NCBI GenBank assembly: GCA_030770535.1
Contig: JASVEC010000026.1
Span: 682,001-746,000, forward strand
Length of the DNA: 64,000 nucleotides
Direction of reading: 5' to 3'
From: Batkoa obscura
Lineage: Eukaryota
Numbering within the stretch: the stretch's first letter is position 1; each line of letters starts with the position of its first letter. The notes beneath the pieces were generated by a model, which saw nothing but the letters and a program-made list of their open reading frames with translations, ran no database searches and was not told where the DNA came from. A program made the translations under genes and the position numbers. Shown piece after piece: positions 25,869-38,753 of this stretch.

Positions 25869-26727
25869 ATTTATTATAGTCTGATTTTTAACTATATTTA
25901 TAACACGAATAAATGATAGAATAATCGCTGCTTTGTTAAGTAAATCATAAAACCAAGCTGCAAATAATCATTTTAACAAGGAGTATAAGTTTAATCAGTT
26001 TAAACCTTGGTAATATATTTTTAGTAACTTTTATTTAATGTAGTGATATAAATAGTGCAAAGAAATCATTGTTATTTTTTGTAAAACTTCTGATTGAAAG
26101 ATACTCCCAGGGTTAAAATCCTAAACAATTACACAAATATCTGTAAGCTATTTTTTTAGAAAAATATAGGAACATTTTTTTGTTTCATTAATTTTTTTGA
26201 GCAGCTTAAAATTTAAAATATACTTAGCTTAGATTCTTACAGAAAAACATTTACATATTTATATTAGTAATCTAAAAAAATGACAGTATCTCACCTAGAA
26301 TATCTAAAAAGTCATACATAACCTTAAAAATGTTTATTAATAAACTTTTGAGTTATAGTTTTTATAATTCGACATAGCTAAATTCTTCAAAAAAATTATA
26401 TAAGCTTCATTTATATCAAAATTTAAGTAATTTTTCATACTCCAAATATTTTAATTGTCCATCAAAATAGGCGTGAATTTTTACACTATTTACATTATGT
26501 TCCCACCTAAAAATTCTTGATTCAACCAATAAAGTTAACTAAAACCCCCTAAAAGAAAATATATTTCATTACTTCAACTAATGAGTTACATTTCAAATTG
26601 GAGTTTACAGCCAATAAGCGCACAGTCAAAATTAGCCAACAAAAAGCACGTTAATTTACAACGAGCAAAAAGAGGAACTAATTAGTTTTTAAAGATCTAG
26701 TGAATGGGGAGTAATTTAAACTAATTA

Positions 26728-29700
26728 ATGCTAATAACAAGTAAACAGATGAATGGAAATAGGCCAATCTCATTTAATTCAGGACATTCTGAGAAGCAGA
26801 TTAGACAATATCGTGCGGAACAACTGCTAAGTAACCAAAAAGCTGCTTTGGAGTTTATGGAGTCGTTACTGGGCTACTCGATACCAGACGGAAATGTCCA
26901 TCTATTTTTAAAAGATGGGATCATGTTATGTGAGTAAGTTTAACTTAAAATTTCTTTAATATGTCAAAAATACTGATCATTTTTTAGACTATTAAATCAA
27001 ATAAAACCCGGGATAATAAGACAGATTAGTAAAACACCGACGCCGTTTAACCAAGTAAACGAATTTGTTATATATTTTTTGGTCTAACTTTTATTAGATG
27101 TCAAACATATTTGCATTTTTAAATGCTGCTACTAAACTAGGTTTAGAAGCTTCTGACTTGTTTGAAACGGTGGACCTTTATGAAGGCAAAGATATGTCTA
27201 GAGTGTTTCTTACTATATTAGCAGTGGCAAGAAAGTTATGCAACGTATCCTTCCCTAGCAGATCCTCTTCAAATAGAAACTCAGAAAAAGGCTCAAAAAG
27301 CAGCCCAATTACAAACGAAGCTATCTTTAAAAATGAAGTGATATTATCAATAAATGAAACGACGTATGAAGATGAGGAGACAATAGTTACCTCTCCAGTA
27401 AAAACATCACCTGAAATGATTGAAGAAAAGGTATTGGTTAATAAGAAACAAGATAAGGATAAGATAGTGAAAAAAAACGAAACAGGCGAATTATTAAGTA
27501 CACCGTTAGATAACTTTTCTATATTAAGAAAAAAGGAGCCAAGGTTTCATCATTTCGATAAAACAGAAAAGAGGAAGTCAATGTTACCGATTCAAACAAG
27601 AAAAGAATCTGTATTTGAAGAAATTAGTATAGCTAAAGCTAATAATCGTAAATCTATGTTGCCTTTATTACCTTTGAAAGATTCAAACTTAGAAATTTTA
27701 CATCAAAAAGATAAACTTAAAAAAAAAGAAAATTCACCACCTAACAGCCCTTTAAGTCCAACTGGAAAGATACAAAATTTAAGGCAGCTATTTGATCCAG
27801 TATATAAGCCACCTTTATTTGATCCAAAAGCTCAAAACAATTATTTGGGTAAATTGGAAGACAAAAAAGAAAAGTCAAACAGTACACCTAACTTATTAAA
27901 AAAAGAGGACAGTTCACTTAACTTAAAACTTAAATCAAAATCAGATGTTAAAGATAGTGGAACATATGCTCAAGATGACTCATTTGAATATAAAGAAGAA
28001 GAACTTTATAGAAACAATGATGAGATAGACGACTCAGGGGTATACTCAGAACCATCACTAAATAAAGAATACTTTGATGACCCAGTTCCAACAGCTGAAG
28101 ATAGAGTAAGAAAGCCACAAAATTATCGAGTGGGCAAAGGAGGGTTGATTGAAGATTTAGATTTATCAATCAAAAAAAACACAACCAAAGAATCAAGAGG
28201 GGATGTTTTACGATTAGATTTTATAGACTGGGATTTAGATGATGGTAGCTTTATATCAAGAGCGGAGTCCATTTTATCTAGTCCATCTTTGAGCATGAAA
28301 TCTACTTTTAAAAAGGAGGGTATGGGAAACATGAATGATTTTACTATGAATCAATTAATAGAAAGAACAAATATACCACGCTCATTTAATGATCCTACAA
28401 GTCAAAAACAATTACTGCAAAGTGACTTCGGACTAAAAAAATCACATTCGCGTAATCATAGTGAGAAACCAGTTAGCAAAAACAGCGATGGTATGATTTA
28501 TAGACCAAGGGCGGGCAGCGATGGTAACAAAGTATATAGGAATGATAGGATATCCTTAATCAATCCAACAAGTAAAGCAATAACGCAATACCAATTGGGA
28601 GATTGCTTAGGCAAAGGACAGTTTGGGTCAGTATATAAAGCACTCAACATGCAAACAGGGCAAATAACAGCGGTCAAAAGAATTGATTTGGATGGGAGAA
28701 GTAAAGTTGAAGCTGAAAGCTTAATGGGGGAAGTAGATCTGTTAAAGTCACTTTCACATGTAAGAATAGTTAATTATTTGGGCTATGTACAATCGGAATC
28801 TTGCTTGGATATCATTTTAGAATTTGTGGAGAATGGATCACTTCAACAGCTTTTAAGATCTTATGGAACTTTTTCACCTACTTTGGTTTGTTCATATACT
28901 TCACAAATTTTGGAAGGTTTGATATATCTGCATGCTAAAGATGTAATTTTATTTAGCTTTTATATTAAAGATGATTAAACTATTTAGGTTGTTCATTGTG
29001 ATTTAAAAGCAGCCAATATTTTAACAACGAAGGATGGGAAAGTCAAACTCACTGATTTTGGTGTTTCGCTTAATTTAAATATAAAATCAAGTGATAATGG
29101 TGAGATTGTGGCTGGTACACCTAATTGGAGTAATTTATAATTTATATAGATTTGTTTTGTTTTAATATTATTTTAGTGGCACCAGAAGTTATTAGTTTGC
29201 AAGGCGCTTCTACGGCTTCAGATATTTGGTAATTTGAAACAATGTTAAGACAAAATTTAGTTAACTTTACTTATAGGAGTTTGGGATGTACAATCATTGA
29301 ACTACTGACAGGAAAACCTCCATATTCAGAATTGAATGCTATGGCTGCTCTATATCGTATTGTAGAAGATCATCATCCACCTCTCCCAGATGATTTAAGC
29401 GAAGTAATATTATTTTCGCTTAATTCTTGATTTTTTCTAATACTTTTAGAATTTACACAATTTCCTTATTTTATGTTTTCAAAAAGAGCCAGTGACTAGA
29501 CCCACAGCTGAGGAGTTGTTTTTCCATGATTGGATTATAGAGTCACAGCTGGCAATGGTAAACATGATTTACTATTAGAAGTACTTCAAGTATTAATCAA
29601 ATTTAAATTAGGATTTTGGTAACTTGGATTTAAACGAAAACGACAAAAAGTTGGAAGAAAGCATAAGGGATAACCAAATTACAGACTCTCTTTGGCGTAC

Positions 29701-30351
29701 CTGCTATCCTCATGCTGATAATCCCTTAATCAGTTCACCAGAATCAACAGGCTTAGTAAGGCTTCCAAGCTATTATGTTAAACAAGATGAAGAGCATCAA
29801 TTTATTAAAAGTACTTTTGAAAAAGGTAACTAGCTTATAACAATATATATCTTATTATTAATGTATTTTATTAGCTGTTCTATGTAAAATTTGTAGGCAA
29901 TATATTAAACAACAAGCAATGTTGTGTGACGGTATATTCATTAGTAATTATTTAAACTTCAGTTAAAACAAAACTTAGATTGCGGATTAATATGCCATCC
30001 AAAATGCGTAAAACATGCCAATGCATTATGTCAAACACGAAGTGAGGTAATACCAGCCTATAATATATTACAATAAATCACTAACAAATTGTTATTTTAT
30101 AGCCAATAACACAAATTAGTGCTGGGTTAACTAAAACTCCAATAAAAAAGACAACACCACTGACCAGACCATTATATACAAGAAAATATAGTAACCGAAG
30201 AGGCTTCCAGTCTGAAGGAGCGATTTCTCCTAACCAAATCAAGATGGCTAGCCCTAATACGTCACAACCACAAAACTCAACAACACCATGGGAGAAGCAA
30301 AAAGCGATTATAAAAAAGAAAAAGAAAGCTGATGATTGTAAAATTGCTTAA
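26728..30351 (+). CDS. STE/Cdc15-like Ser/Thr kinase with N-terminal calponin-homology domain and C-terminal C1 domain (multi-exon)
   Basis: [10 protein letters not shown]...NIFAFL...[14 protein letters not shown]; kinase: [34 protein letters not shown]1: HQF...CKIC...[12 protein letters not shown]; ends [12 protein letters not shown]. Confidence 0.88.
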
Positions 30352-30924
30352 ATTATTATAAAATGAAAACTTGTATTTTTATATTATCAGTTACTATGAT
30401 TTAATGTTTACACGTATATACCTTTATCTGCGGTTCTCTTTGTTTGGTTTTTCTTGTTATTACCTATTCTTTAATTTTCATTCCTTAGGCATATCTGCCT
30501 TTTATGATTTTTCTATTTTGATGATTTATTTTTAGATTGTTTTATTAAAGTTGTTTAATATCTAGTGATTTTATTTCTATAAACACTTTTCCTTAATAAC
30601 TTGTATTTAGTATTGCTATTTTAATTACTTTAGTAACATGAAAGTTAAGATATCTATTTTATTCAAACTTGGTATTAAATAATCTCAAAACTATTTTTTA
30701 ATTACATAGCTTTATGTTCCTATCCTTTTGCTGCTAATAATTTATCAGGAATAAAATAAGCAATGTTAGCCTATTATTTTTATAAGCCACTATGACAAAT
30801 CGAAAAGTCTATTTTTTACAATTTAAGTTAAAATTTTAGGTAAAATAATTTGAAAGAAAAAATGAACCAAACTTAATTTCATTTCATTTCATTATCTAAT
30901 ATTCCAATTTAAAGACAATTTTAT

Positions 30925-33900
30925 ATGAAGCGGGCAACCAAGCACTCGATAGCGTATATTATCCCTAACGAAGTAACCAATGAAGCAATAAAAAAAGAGA
31001 GTCCAACACATTGCTTAGGCGTCAATGGAATGGCTTATGATGAAACGAATAGTATTTTGTATTCTGGGGGAAGGGATGGATTAACCGTTGGTTGGAAAGT
31101 GGACACTCAAGTAGATTCCAAAGTAATTACCATTCTTGTTTTAATTATATAAACTTATAGCCAACTGGAACTAAATAAGCGATTTAAGGTAAACAAGCAC
31201 TCAGAGCCTTACTTTTCTTCCCAACACCATTCTGATTGGATAAATGATGTCACTGTGGCTCATAATGGACAGTCAGGTAGAAATAATTTGCCTGCATTAA
31301 AATTTGAATTCATTTTTAATAAACTTTAGTTTTTACTGCTTCTTCGGATCTCACCGTTAAATTATGGCAACCCTATAAAGAGCAGCAGGAAAACAAGGTG
31401 AGTACCATTGGATTCCATAAGGACTTTGTAAAATGTTTGTCCTATGTCCAGTCAAGTGAATGGTTATTTTCAGCTGGCTTAGATGGCAAAATTAATATTT
31501 GGGATGTAAACCAAGCAACATCAACAATAGAAAATAAAGGTATGGACGTTAACTCTTTATTGTCACTATGTGATCCTGAAGCACCGAACACATCTTATTA
31601 CTCGTTGGCTGTCAGTCAAACCGGAAGGCTGGTTTCAGCAGGCTCACCAGATGGCTGGATTCGACTTTGGGATCCAAGATCGAGTCCTAACTCTGGTACC
31701 ATCGCTCACTTTACTGGGCATTCTGATCTTGTTCGTTCATTATTAATGTCAGATGACGGAAGATGGATCTTATCGGGGTCTAGCGATTGTACAATAAAAC
31801 TGTGGTCTATGGCCTCCCAGCGTTGTATAAAAACTTACACAATGCATACCGAGCCGGTGTGGACTTTGTTTTCAGCAGAGCCTGACTTCAAATATTTTTA
31901 TGCAGGATCAAGAAATGGGATGGTTACTAAAACACTAATACCACAGGATATAACAGATGATAACAAAGGTACAAACAATGAAGGGAACCATTATTATTTA
32001 GAGGAATTGGACAATGATGATGATAGTAATACAGTTACCATCTGTCAAGAAGAAAAGGGGATTACAGGCATTATTGCACATAAAGATCATTCATGTATAT
32101 GGACATCAACTACCAACGCTGAGATTTCCAAATGGGAAGATGTAGAGCCTACGGAGCTTGTAAAAGAGAAAGAACTTGTTACCTCAGATAGCGGTGTTGG
32201 GGATCAATTAGGGTTAATCAATATCAATACAGTTTCAATTTCTCAGTTTGATGGGAATTATGGAAATGAAACAAATCTAGTTGATTTTGAAAAGCATACG
32301 TTTCCAAATACTTTAGCAAATGGAGTAACTGCAGAAAACATAAAAAATGCCCAAAACGATAATAATGATTCATCTGAGGATGAGGAATTCGAATCAAATT
32401 TAGTCCCAATTCGTTTGAAACCTTTAGAAATCATTAAGGGAAAGACAGGTTTAACAAAATGTTTTATACTTTCAAATAGATTTCAAGTTTTGTCTTTGGA
32501 TTCTAAAGGTGAAGTTATGCTTTGGGATATCGTTAAAGTAATTTTTGTTTCTTATTTTATAATATTTTAATCCATTTTAGTGCTGCTTTGTTAAAAGTTA
32601 TGGACAGGCTAATATTGATGAAGTGTATCAAGAGATTAACAGTTTAATTTCAGTACCGAGCTGGTGTACAGTTGATACAAAGCTTGGTTCACTTATGGTT
32701 CGACTTGATGAAAATAAATGTTTCGATGCTGAGATTTATGGAGATGATATTGAAGATATGAAAATTGAATCTACAAATAAAGACTCCAATATAATTTCAG
32801 ATACACAAATTAATATAGGAAAATGGGTTATTAAAAGTTTATTTAAAGCTTTTACTAAAAAGTATTTAGAGGAAAAAGCTCAGCTTGATTTACTTGAAGA
32901 AAAAGCAAGAAAAGGAGAAGAATTGAATAAAGCGAATAATACAGTGACAAATGATGAAAATAAAGAAGAAACAAGTAATAAAATAATTGCCTCTCTTAAT
33001 TCGCCTACTTGTCCTCAGCCTGTTCATACTTCCATTGTTAAGGATGATACACCATTAAGCCCGTTTTCTGTTACACTATCCAGTATAACTAATCATCAAC
33101 TACCACCTAAACCAACAGCTTCAATGTCTGGTCCACGGAAGATGAGTACAGGCTCTATACTTACTTCTAAAACTGGAATGGATGGTCAAGGGTATTTTAA
33201 TTATAACCCCGATAAAATACCTTCGCCCCCAGCTATGATAGCGAGATCTTATACAACAAATAATCTCTCAGATAAATCTCAAAGTCCAACTAATAATAAT
33301 AGTCAGTACTCCTATCAAAATGAAAACACTCTAAGTCAACCAATTTCTACCCCAACCTCGCCAGGTGGAACTCAATCTATCAATCCACCACCACCTGCCC
33401 TTTCTTCGTCATCAAGCTTTATGGGGCGTTTACGTCAATTTTCACAAAAGAAATTAAATCGTTCTCCAGATCCACCAAAAGCATTAAATTTAAGCTCAAC
33501 AGAAAATATCTCACAAGGAAGTACACGACCAATAAACGATATGTTAAATCCAATTTTAAGCCCGCATAACACTAAGTTTACTCCTATTAGTCCAACTACC
33601 CCTGAAAAGCCTAATAACTCTTCTTCCTCCTCTCCATCAAATGAAACAACTCAAAATAATGCAACAATTCCAGAAGAACCTCAACCTAAAACAAGCTCAG
33701 AGAATCCAATACCACCACCCAAAGACACAGTATCACAAGCTAATGTTAATTCTACAAAGTCACCTTCTCTTAATGAACCAAATTTAACCAAAATACCATC
33801 ACTTGATTTACCACCACATATCAACCTACTTCTTTCTGAAGAATCCCATGACGTTTCTAGATGTATCGATGTGTTTTCAGGTTCCTTAGGTAATCAAGTA

Positions 33901-34628
33901 CAAGATTATTCTTTACTCACAAAGAACATACCCAATTGGATTAAAAATTGTTTGATTAGTGTAAGTAATTTATAAATAATAGAATATATAAAATAATTAA
34001 TATTATTTTATTTAGGATTCAATCCCATTTAAAGAACCAGTAAAAATAGCGTTTTTACTCAAACCACAAGAATCTTCTGGGTTATCTTCTTTACCTTCAT
34101 CGTAACAACTTCTATATTTATTTTAATAATGTATTAATATATATTTTAGCTCCTCACGATTATTAGCAAGTAGAACATTAAGATGTAAAAAGTTGGTTGG
34201 GTATGTTTGGGACAAACTCAACTTTACGCCAGATATTTTACATAATTTATTACTTAATCGACAAAATCAAGTCAAATCGGAAGTTAACACCAATTCAACA
34301 CCAACACCAACTACAACTACTACAACGGATAAAATAAAAGCTCCTTTACCCTCAACATTACCACCATTTATACCAGAAAATTGGATTGTATTGAGCTGTA
34401 ACGGACAGGTAATATAATCTATCACATTTGTATATAAAGCTATTAACATAGCATTATTATTAGCCTGTTTCTTTAACCATGACTTTAGCTACAGTTCGTT
34501 ATCATTTATGGAAATCAGGCGGTGATATGATTTTAACTTACGATATCCAACCATTGCCATCTACTGAATCAGCCGTATTAGCCACTAAAGTTGGCACCCC
34601 AATAACCAACCTTGAAGGTGGGTTTTAA
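30925..34628 (+). CDS. WDR48: WD40 deubiquitinase activator WDR48/UAF1 (Bun107-like), multi-exon
   Basis: HCLGVN, LYSGGRDG, HSDWINDV, WD40 repeats, VPSWCTVDTKLG, terminal MTLATVRYHLWKSGGDMILTY. Confidence 0.9.
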
Positions 34629-35153
34629 GTTACTTGTTTTTAGTTCGTTTAACGATTGATCTATTTTTTTGTAAAAATGGTTCTAATGTATTGATGGAAG
34701 AAGTGATATAGTTATTCTTTTAGTATTAGATTTTTTTTACAATTAGTTAAAATAGGTGCTAGGAGTTAGTTGAGGCTCTTTCTCTTCATTTTTTTGATAA
34801 AAAATAAAATAATTTTGGATTTTTTAAATCGTCAAAATTATTCAAGATTAGAATTTTGGGTTGTTGTTTTAATATTAGTATTAGTAGAATTATGTTATAT
34901 AAAAGATAATTTATAAAAGCAATTATTTTAATGTATATAATTACTAGTAATAAATGGTTTGCAAAATAAGTTTTCATATTATCTTTAATTTAATTTAAAA
35001 TCTATGATTATCTTAAAAATTAATTCATTTTTTAAAATGTGGTACACTTTCACTAAAAAATACTAAATCATTAATTCGCAAATAAAACAGTTGTAAATAA
35101 AAAAGCAGTTAAATTTATTTTCTACGAACCCCTTATACTTTTTTCTTTTCAAT

Positions 35154-35351
35154 CTAAACAAACAAAACGTCTCCAAAGTTCTTTAAGATGAAAACAGCGG
35201 CACCAAATACGGATGCATTAAAAAGGATGTTTAAATTACCAGCTCGATTTTGTGGATTTTGAATTTCATTACGGTAAAGTTTGCTAAAGAAACCTTCTTC
35301 TTTATTTTCTAAGGTATATCCTTTGCCACTTGCTCCAAAGTTACTTGCCAT
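35154..35351 (-). CDS. Small tail-anchored protein, TOM6-like mitochondrial import receptor subunit
   Basis: 65 aa from the ATG at 35351; NLNILFNASVFGAAVFILKNFGD resembles the TOM6 transmembrane region. Confidence 0.6.
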   Translation of the reverse strand: MASNFGASGKGYTLENKEEGFFSKLYRNEIQNPQNRAGNLNILFNASVFGAAVFILKNFGDVLFV

Positions 35352-35530
35352 TTTGACTTTCCAGTGATTTTTTTGGTAAAAAAATTTAAGCTGGAGATTG
35401 AGTTTGATCAAAAGCTTGAAATTATTCCCATAATTCTTTGAATGACCAATGAAATTAGCACATTAGGCTTAGCTTGCTTTAAAAATTCTTTTTAATAAAG
35501 AATGAATTTTGAAATAAAAAAGCAAGATAT

Positions 35531-35730
35531 GGAGATGTTTTTTTTGGTTTCATCACTTCTTCCATTTTTTAAGCGCTATTTAATTGGAAAGATTGTTAGT
35601 AAAATTCTTAAACAAAAAAATACATCCCCATATGGGGATGTATTTTTTTGTTTAAGAATTTTACTAACAATCTTTCCAATTAAATAGCGCTTAAAAATGG
35701 AAAAAATAATGAAGCCAAAAAAACACCTTC
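35531..35730. mobile_element. Two MITE copies head-to-head (35531-35629, 35634-35730) forming a ~200-bp palindrome
   Basis: ATAT-MITE-ATAT-MITE-ATAT arrangement, centre TACATCCCC-ATAT-GGGGATGTA. Confidence 0.92.
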
Positions 35731-35863
35731 ATATTTAGTATTCAAAGGAAGCATATTAAACTAAACATACAAGCTAGTAATAATAAATTTAATTTTAAAC
35801 AAAGACAATGATCTAGAAATAAGTTTTATTTTTTTCACACTTATAAAGTATCTTATCCCCTTT

Positions 35864-38243
35864 TTAAGACTCTGGAGGAGCAACCATTTTCTTATAATCC
35901 TTAATATTGCCTTGAAACTTAGTTACCGTGTTATTATCACAGATCCAAAGTTGGGTAGCAACGGAATTAATGAAACGTTCATCATGAGAGACAAGGATAA
36001 CACCACCAGTAAAAGCTTTAATAGCATCAATTAAAGCATCCATAGACTCCATATCTAAATGATTGGTAGGTTCATCTAATATTAAAATATGTGGATTTTG
36101 TAAACCTAAACATGCAAATGCTACTCTCGATTTTTGTCCTCCTGATAAAGTAGCTACCTTTTGTAATCCTACCATACCAGTGATACCAAAAGAGCCTAAT
36201 CTTCGACGATATTCTTCATCCGATTTACCTGGATAAGTCTTAGCCATATAACCAACAGCTGTATCATTTAAATCTAATTGATCAACGTGATGTTGGGTAA
36301 AGAAAGCAAATCTTAATCTACCATGACGATTTAAGAAACCTTTACTTGGTTCTAATTTACCAGATAATAATTTAAGCTAAATAAAACATTAATATCAATT
36401 TATATAGTTATTAAATTAAACTTACTAAAGTAGATTTACCAGCACCGTTAGGACCAATAACAGCTACTCTTGAATCCATTTGTACATCTAAATCCACTTT
36501 GCTAAGCTGAACTTTGTCTGGTGAATAACCAAAAGTAACATTGGATAATTGTAAGATAGGTGGGGATAAAGACTCTGCATCTGGGAATCTGAAACTAACA
36601 ACAATTTCATCTTCAGGTTTTTCTAAAACTGGTAATTTTTCTAATATTTTGATTTTCATTTGAGCTTGAGTTGCAGTGTTGGCATTATATCGATTTTTAT
36701 CAATAAAATCTTGTAAATGTTTACGATAAACCAATTGATTTTCATAATCTCGAGCCATTGTTTTACGACGTTCTTCTTTAGTACTATAAAAGAAGGTAAA
36801 GTTACCTTTATATTGATCTAATTTTTCACTATGTTGATGGATAATATCTGTAGCTACCTCATCTAAAAATTCTCGATCATGGGATACAACTACTAAGGTA
36901 CTTTCCCATGTTTGTAAATAATTTTCCAACCAAATTACCGCGGGGATATCCAACATATTCGTAGGTTCATCAAGAAGTAAAAGATCAGGTTTACAGAATA
37001 AAGCTCTTGCTAATGCCAATCTCATTCTCCAACCTCCAGAGAATGTTCTAGTGGCATTTTGTAATTGGTTTTGGCCAAAACCTAAACCACAGAGGATAGT
37101 AGAAGCTCTATAAAAAATTAGTTAAAAAAAGTTAATAAATAAACTAAACCAAAAAACTACTTTGCTTCTGCTTTATCGGATTCAATATCTTCAAGTTTGG
37201 TATAAACTTCTTTCAATTTACTATCAGCTTCGTCTCTTTCATCTTCAAGTTGTTCTTTTAATTCTTTTTCAATATCAGGTTTTGAAAGTTGATCATCGAT
37301 AGATTGAATTAACTGAGTAAAATTAATTTCTTCAGCTAAAAGATGTTCTCTGAATAAATCAGCTTTTAGTACTGATTGTAAAGCGGGTGTATCATCCCCA
37401 GCAATCTATTAATAAAAATTGTTTAATTACTATTTAATTATAAATTTATAAAATTATTACCTCTTGCTCTACATGAAGAATACTGATATGGGTAGGGATA
37501 TTTAATTCACGTCTAGAAATAGCTCTTAATAAAGTGGATTTACCAATACCATTTCTACCAACCACACCATAACGTCTACCATAAGCGAGGGTTAATAAAG
37601 CATCAGTAAGAATTCTTTTACCAGCGAAGGAGATATCGAAAAGATCCAATTTAATATCTTTTGATTTACCTTTAGTAGTAGTATAATCCAAAATAGGGTT
37701 GATAGCTAAAATATCCAAATTTTGTTGTTCTTTAGTAACAATTTTACTAGCTTCATATAAAGTCCTTCTTTCTCTTTTTTGTATCTTTTCTGCAATCTTT
37801 TTTTCTGCTTTTTCTAATTTTTTAGTATCCACTTGAGAAGCTACTTTGCGTTTATTAGCTGACTCAATATCTGTTGAAGTTGGATCAAACTTAAATGTAG
37901 AAGACATGGCTTGTTGTTTAGTCATTTGTAAAGGTACATCCAATTGACGTAATACCTTTGGTCCATTTTCATCTGTATCTAATTTTAATTGAGCATTATA
38001 TTGGATGAATAAATTCTTAAAATCTTGACATAAATTTTGATATACTTTTTCTTCAGCAATAGAATCTTTTAAAAAGGGCTCAATAAAATCCGTAAGAAAA
38101 GCATCACCTTCAACGGAGATACTAGTGGTATCTTCTAAGTATCCTTTGATATAATCTACAATAGCTAAATCTAAGCCTGGGATGTTTGAGCGTACCTTTT
38201 CGAGTAATCGACTATTTTCTTTAATATTTACTTCTACTTTCAT
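35864..38243 (-). CDS. GCN20: ABC-F family translational ATPase Gcn20/ABCF3 (multi-exon)
   Basis: Two ABC cassettes: GRNGIGKST / FSGGWRMR / LLLDEPTN and GPNGAGKST / LSGGQKSR / ILDEPTN; no transmembrane domains. Confidence 0.93.
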
Positions 38244-38753
38244 GCTTCAATAGTTAAAGATGGGTTCTTTTGTTACGCAGTCAATTCTTTTTAAAGTCAA
38301 TTTTTGCACAGTTAACTCGCAGTAATGAAATTGAAATCTCAAGGATAAGGTTATCATTAAATTTACTATTTTAATATAATCAACAATATGATATAATTTA
38401 GCAATGATTTTTTATTATCTATATATTACACGCTGCAGTTCCTATTTTCTTTACTATTAAACCCTTCGTAATTACTACTTTATCGTAGTCATTCAGTACG
38501 TATTTGCAACCCTTTATTTTTCAAAATTTCTGAAAAATTGAATTAATCAACCAATAAAACCCCCTTTAAAAAATCACAAAATCAAATCAAAATCATAAAT
38601 CGAAATATTATAAAAATAAAAATAGTAAATCAAGAAATCTTCATTTACAGTATATAAAAAAAGATAAATTCATTAAAGTTTATAACGAAATTCAAAAAGA
38701 AACTATTTCTTTTTAATCTATCAAAACTTCAGTTTAACTATTATTCAAATAAG

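Noticed and set aside
8073..38243. Antisense or overlapping short ORFs within BRF1, the kinase, WDR48 and other genes
   Set aside because: Explained as opposite-strand shadows of well-supported genes
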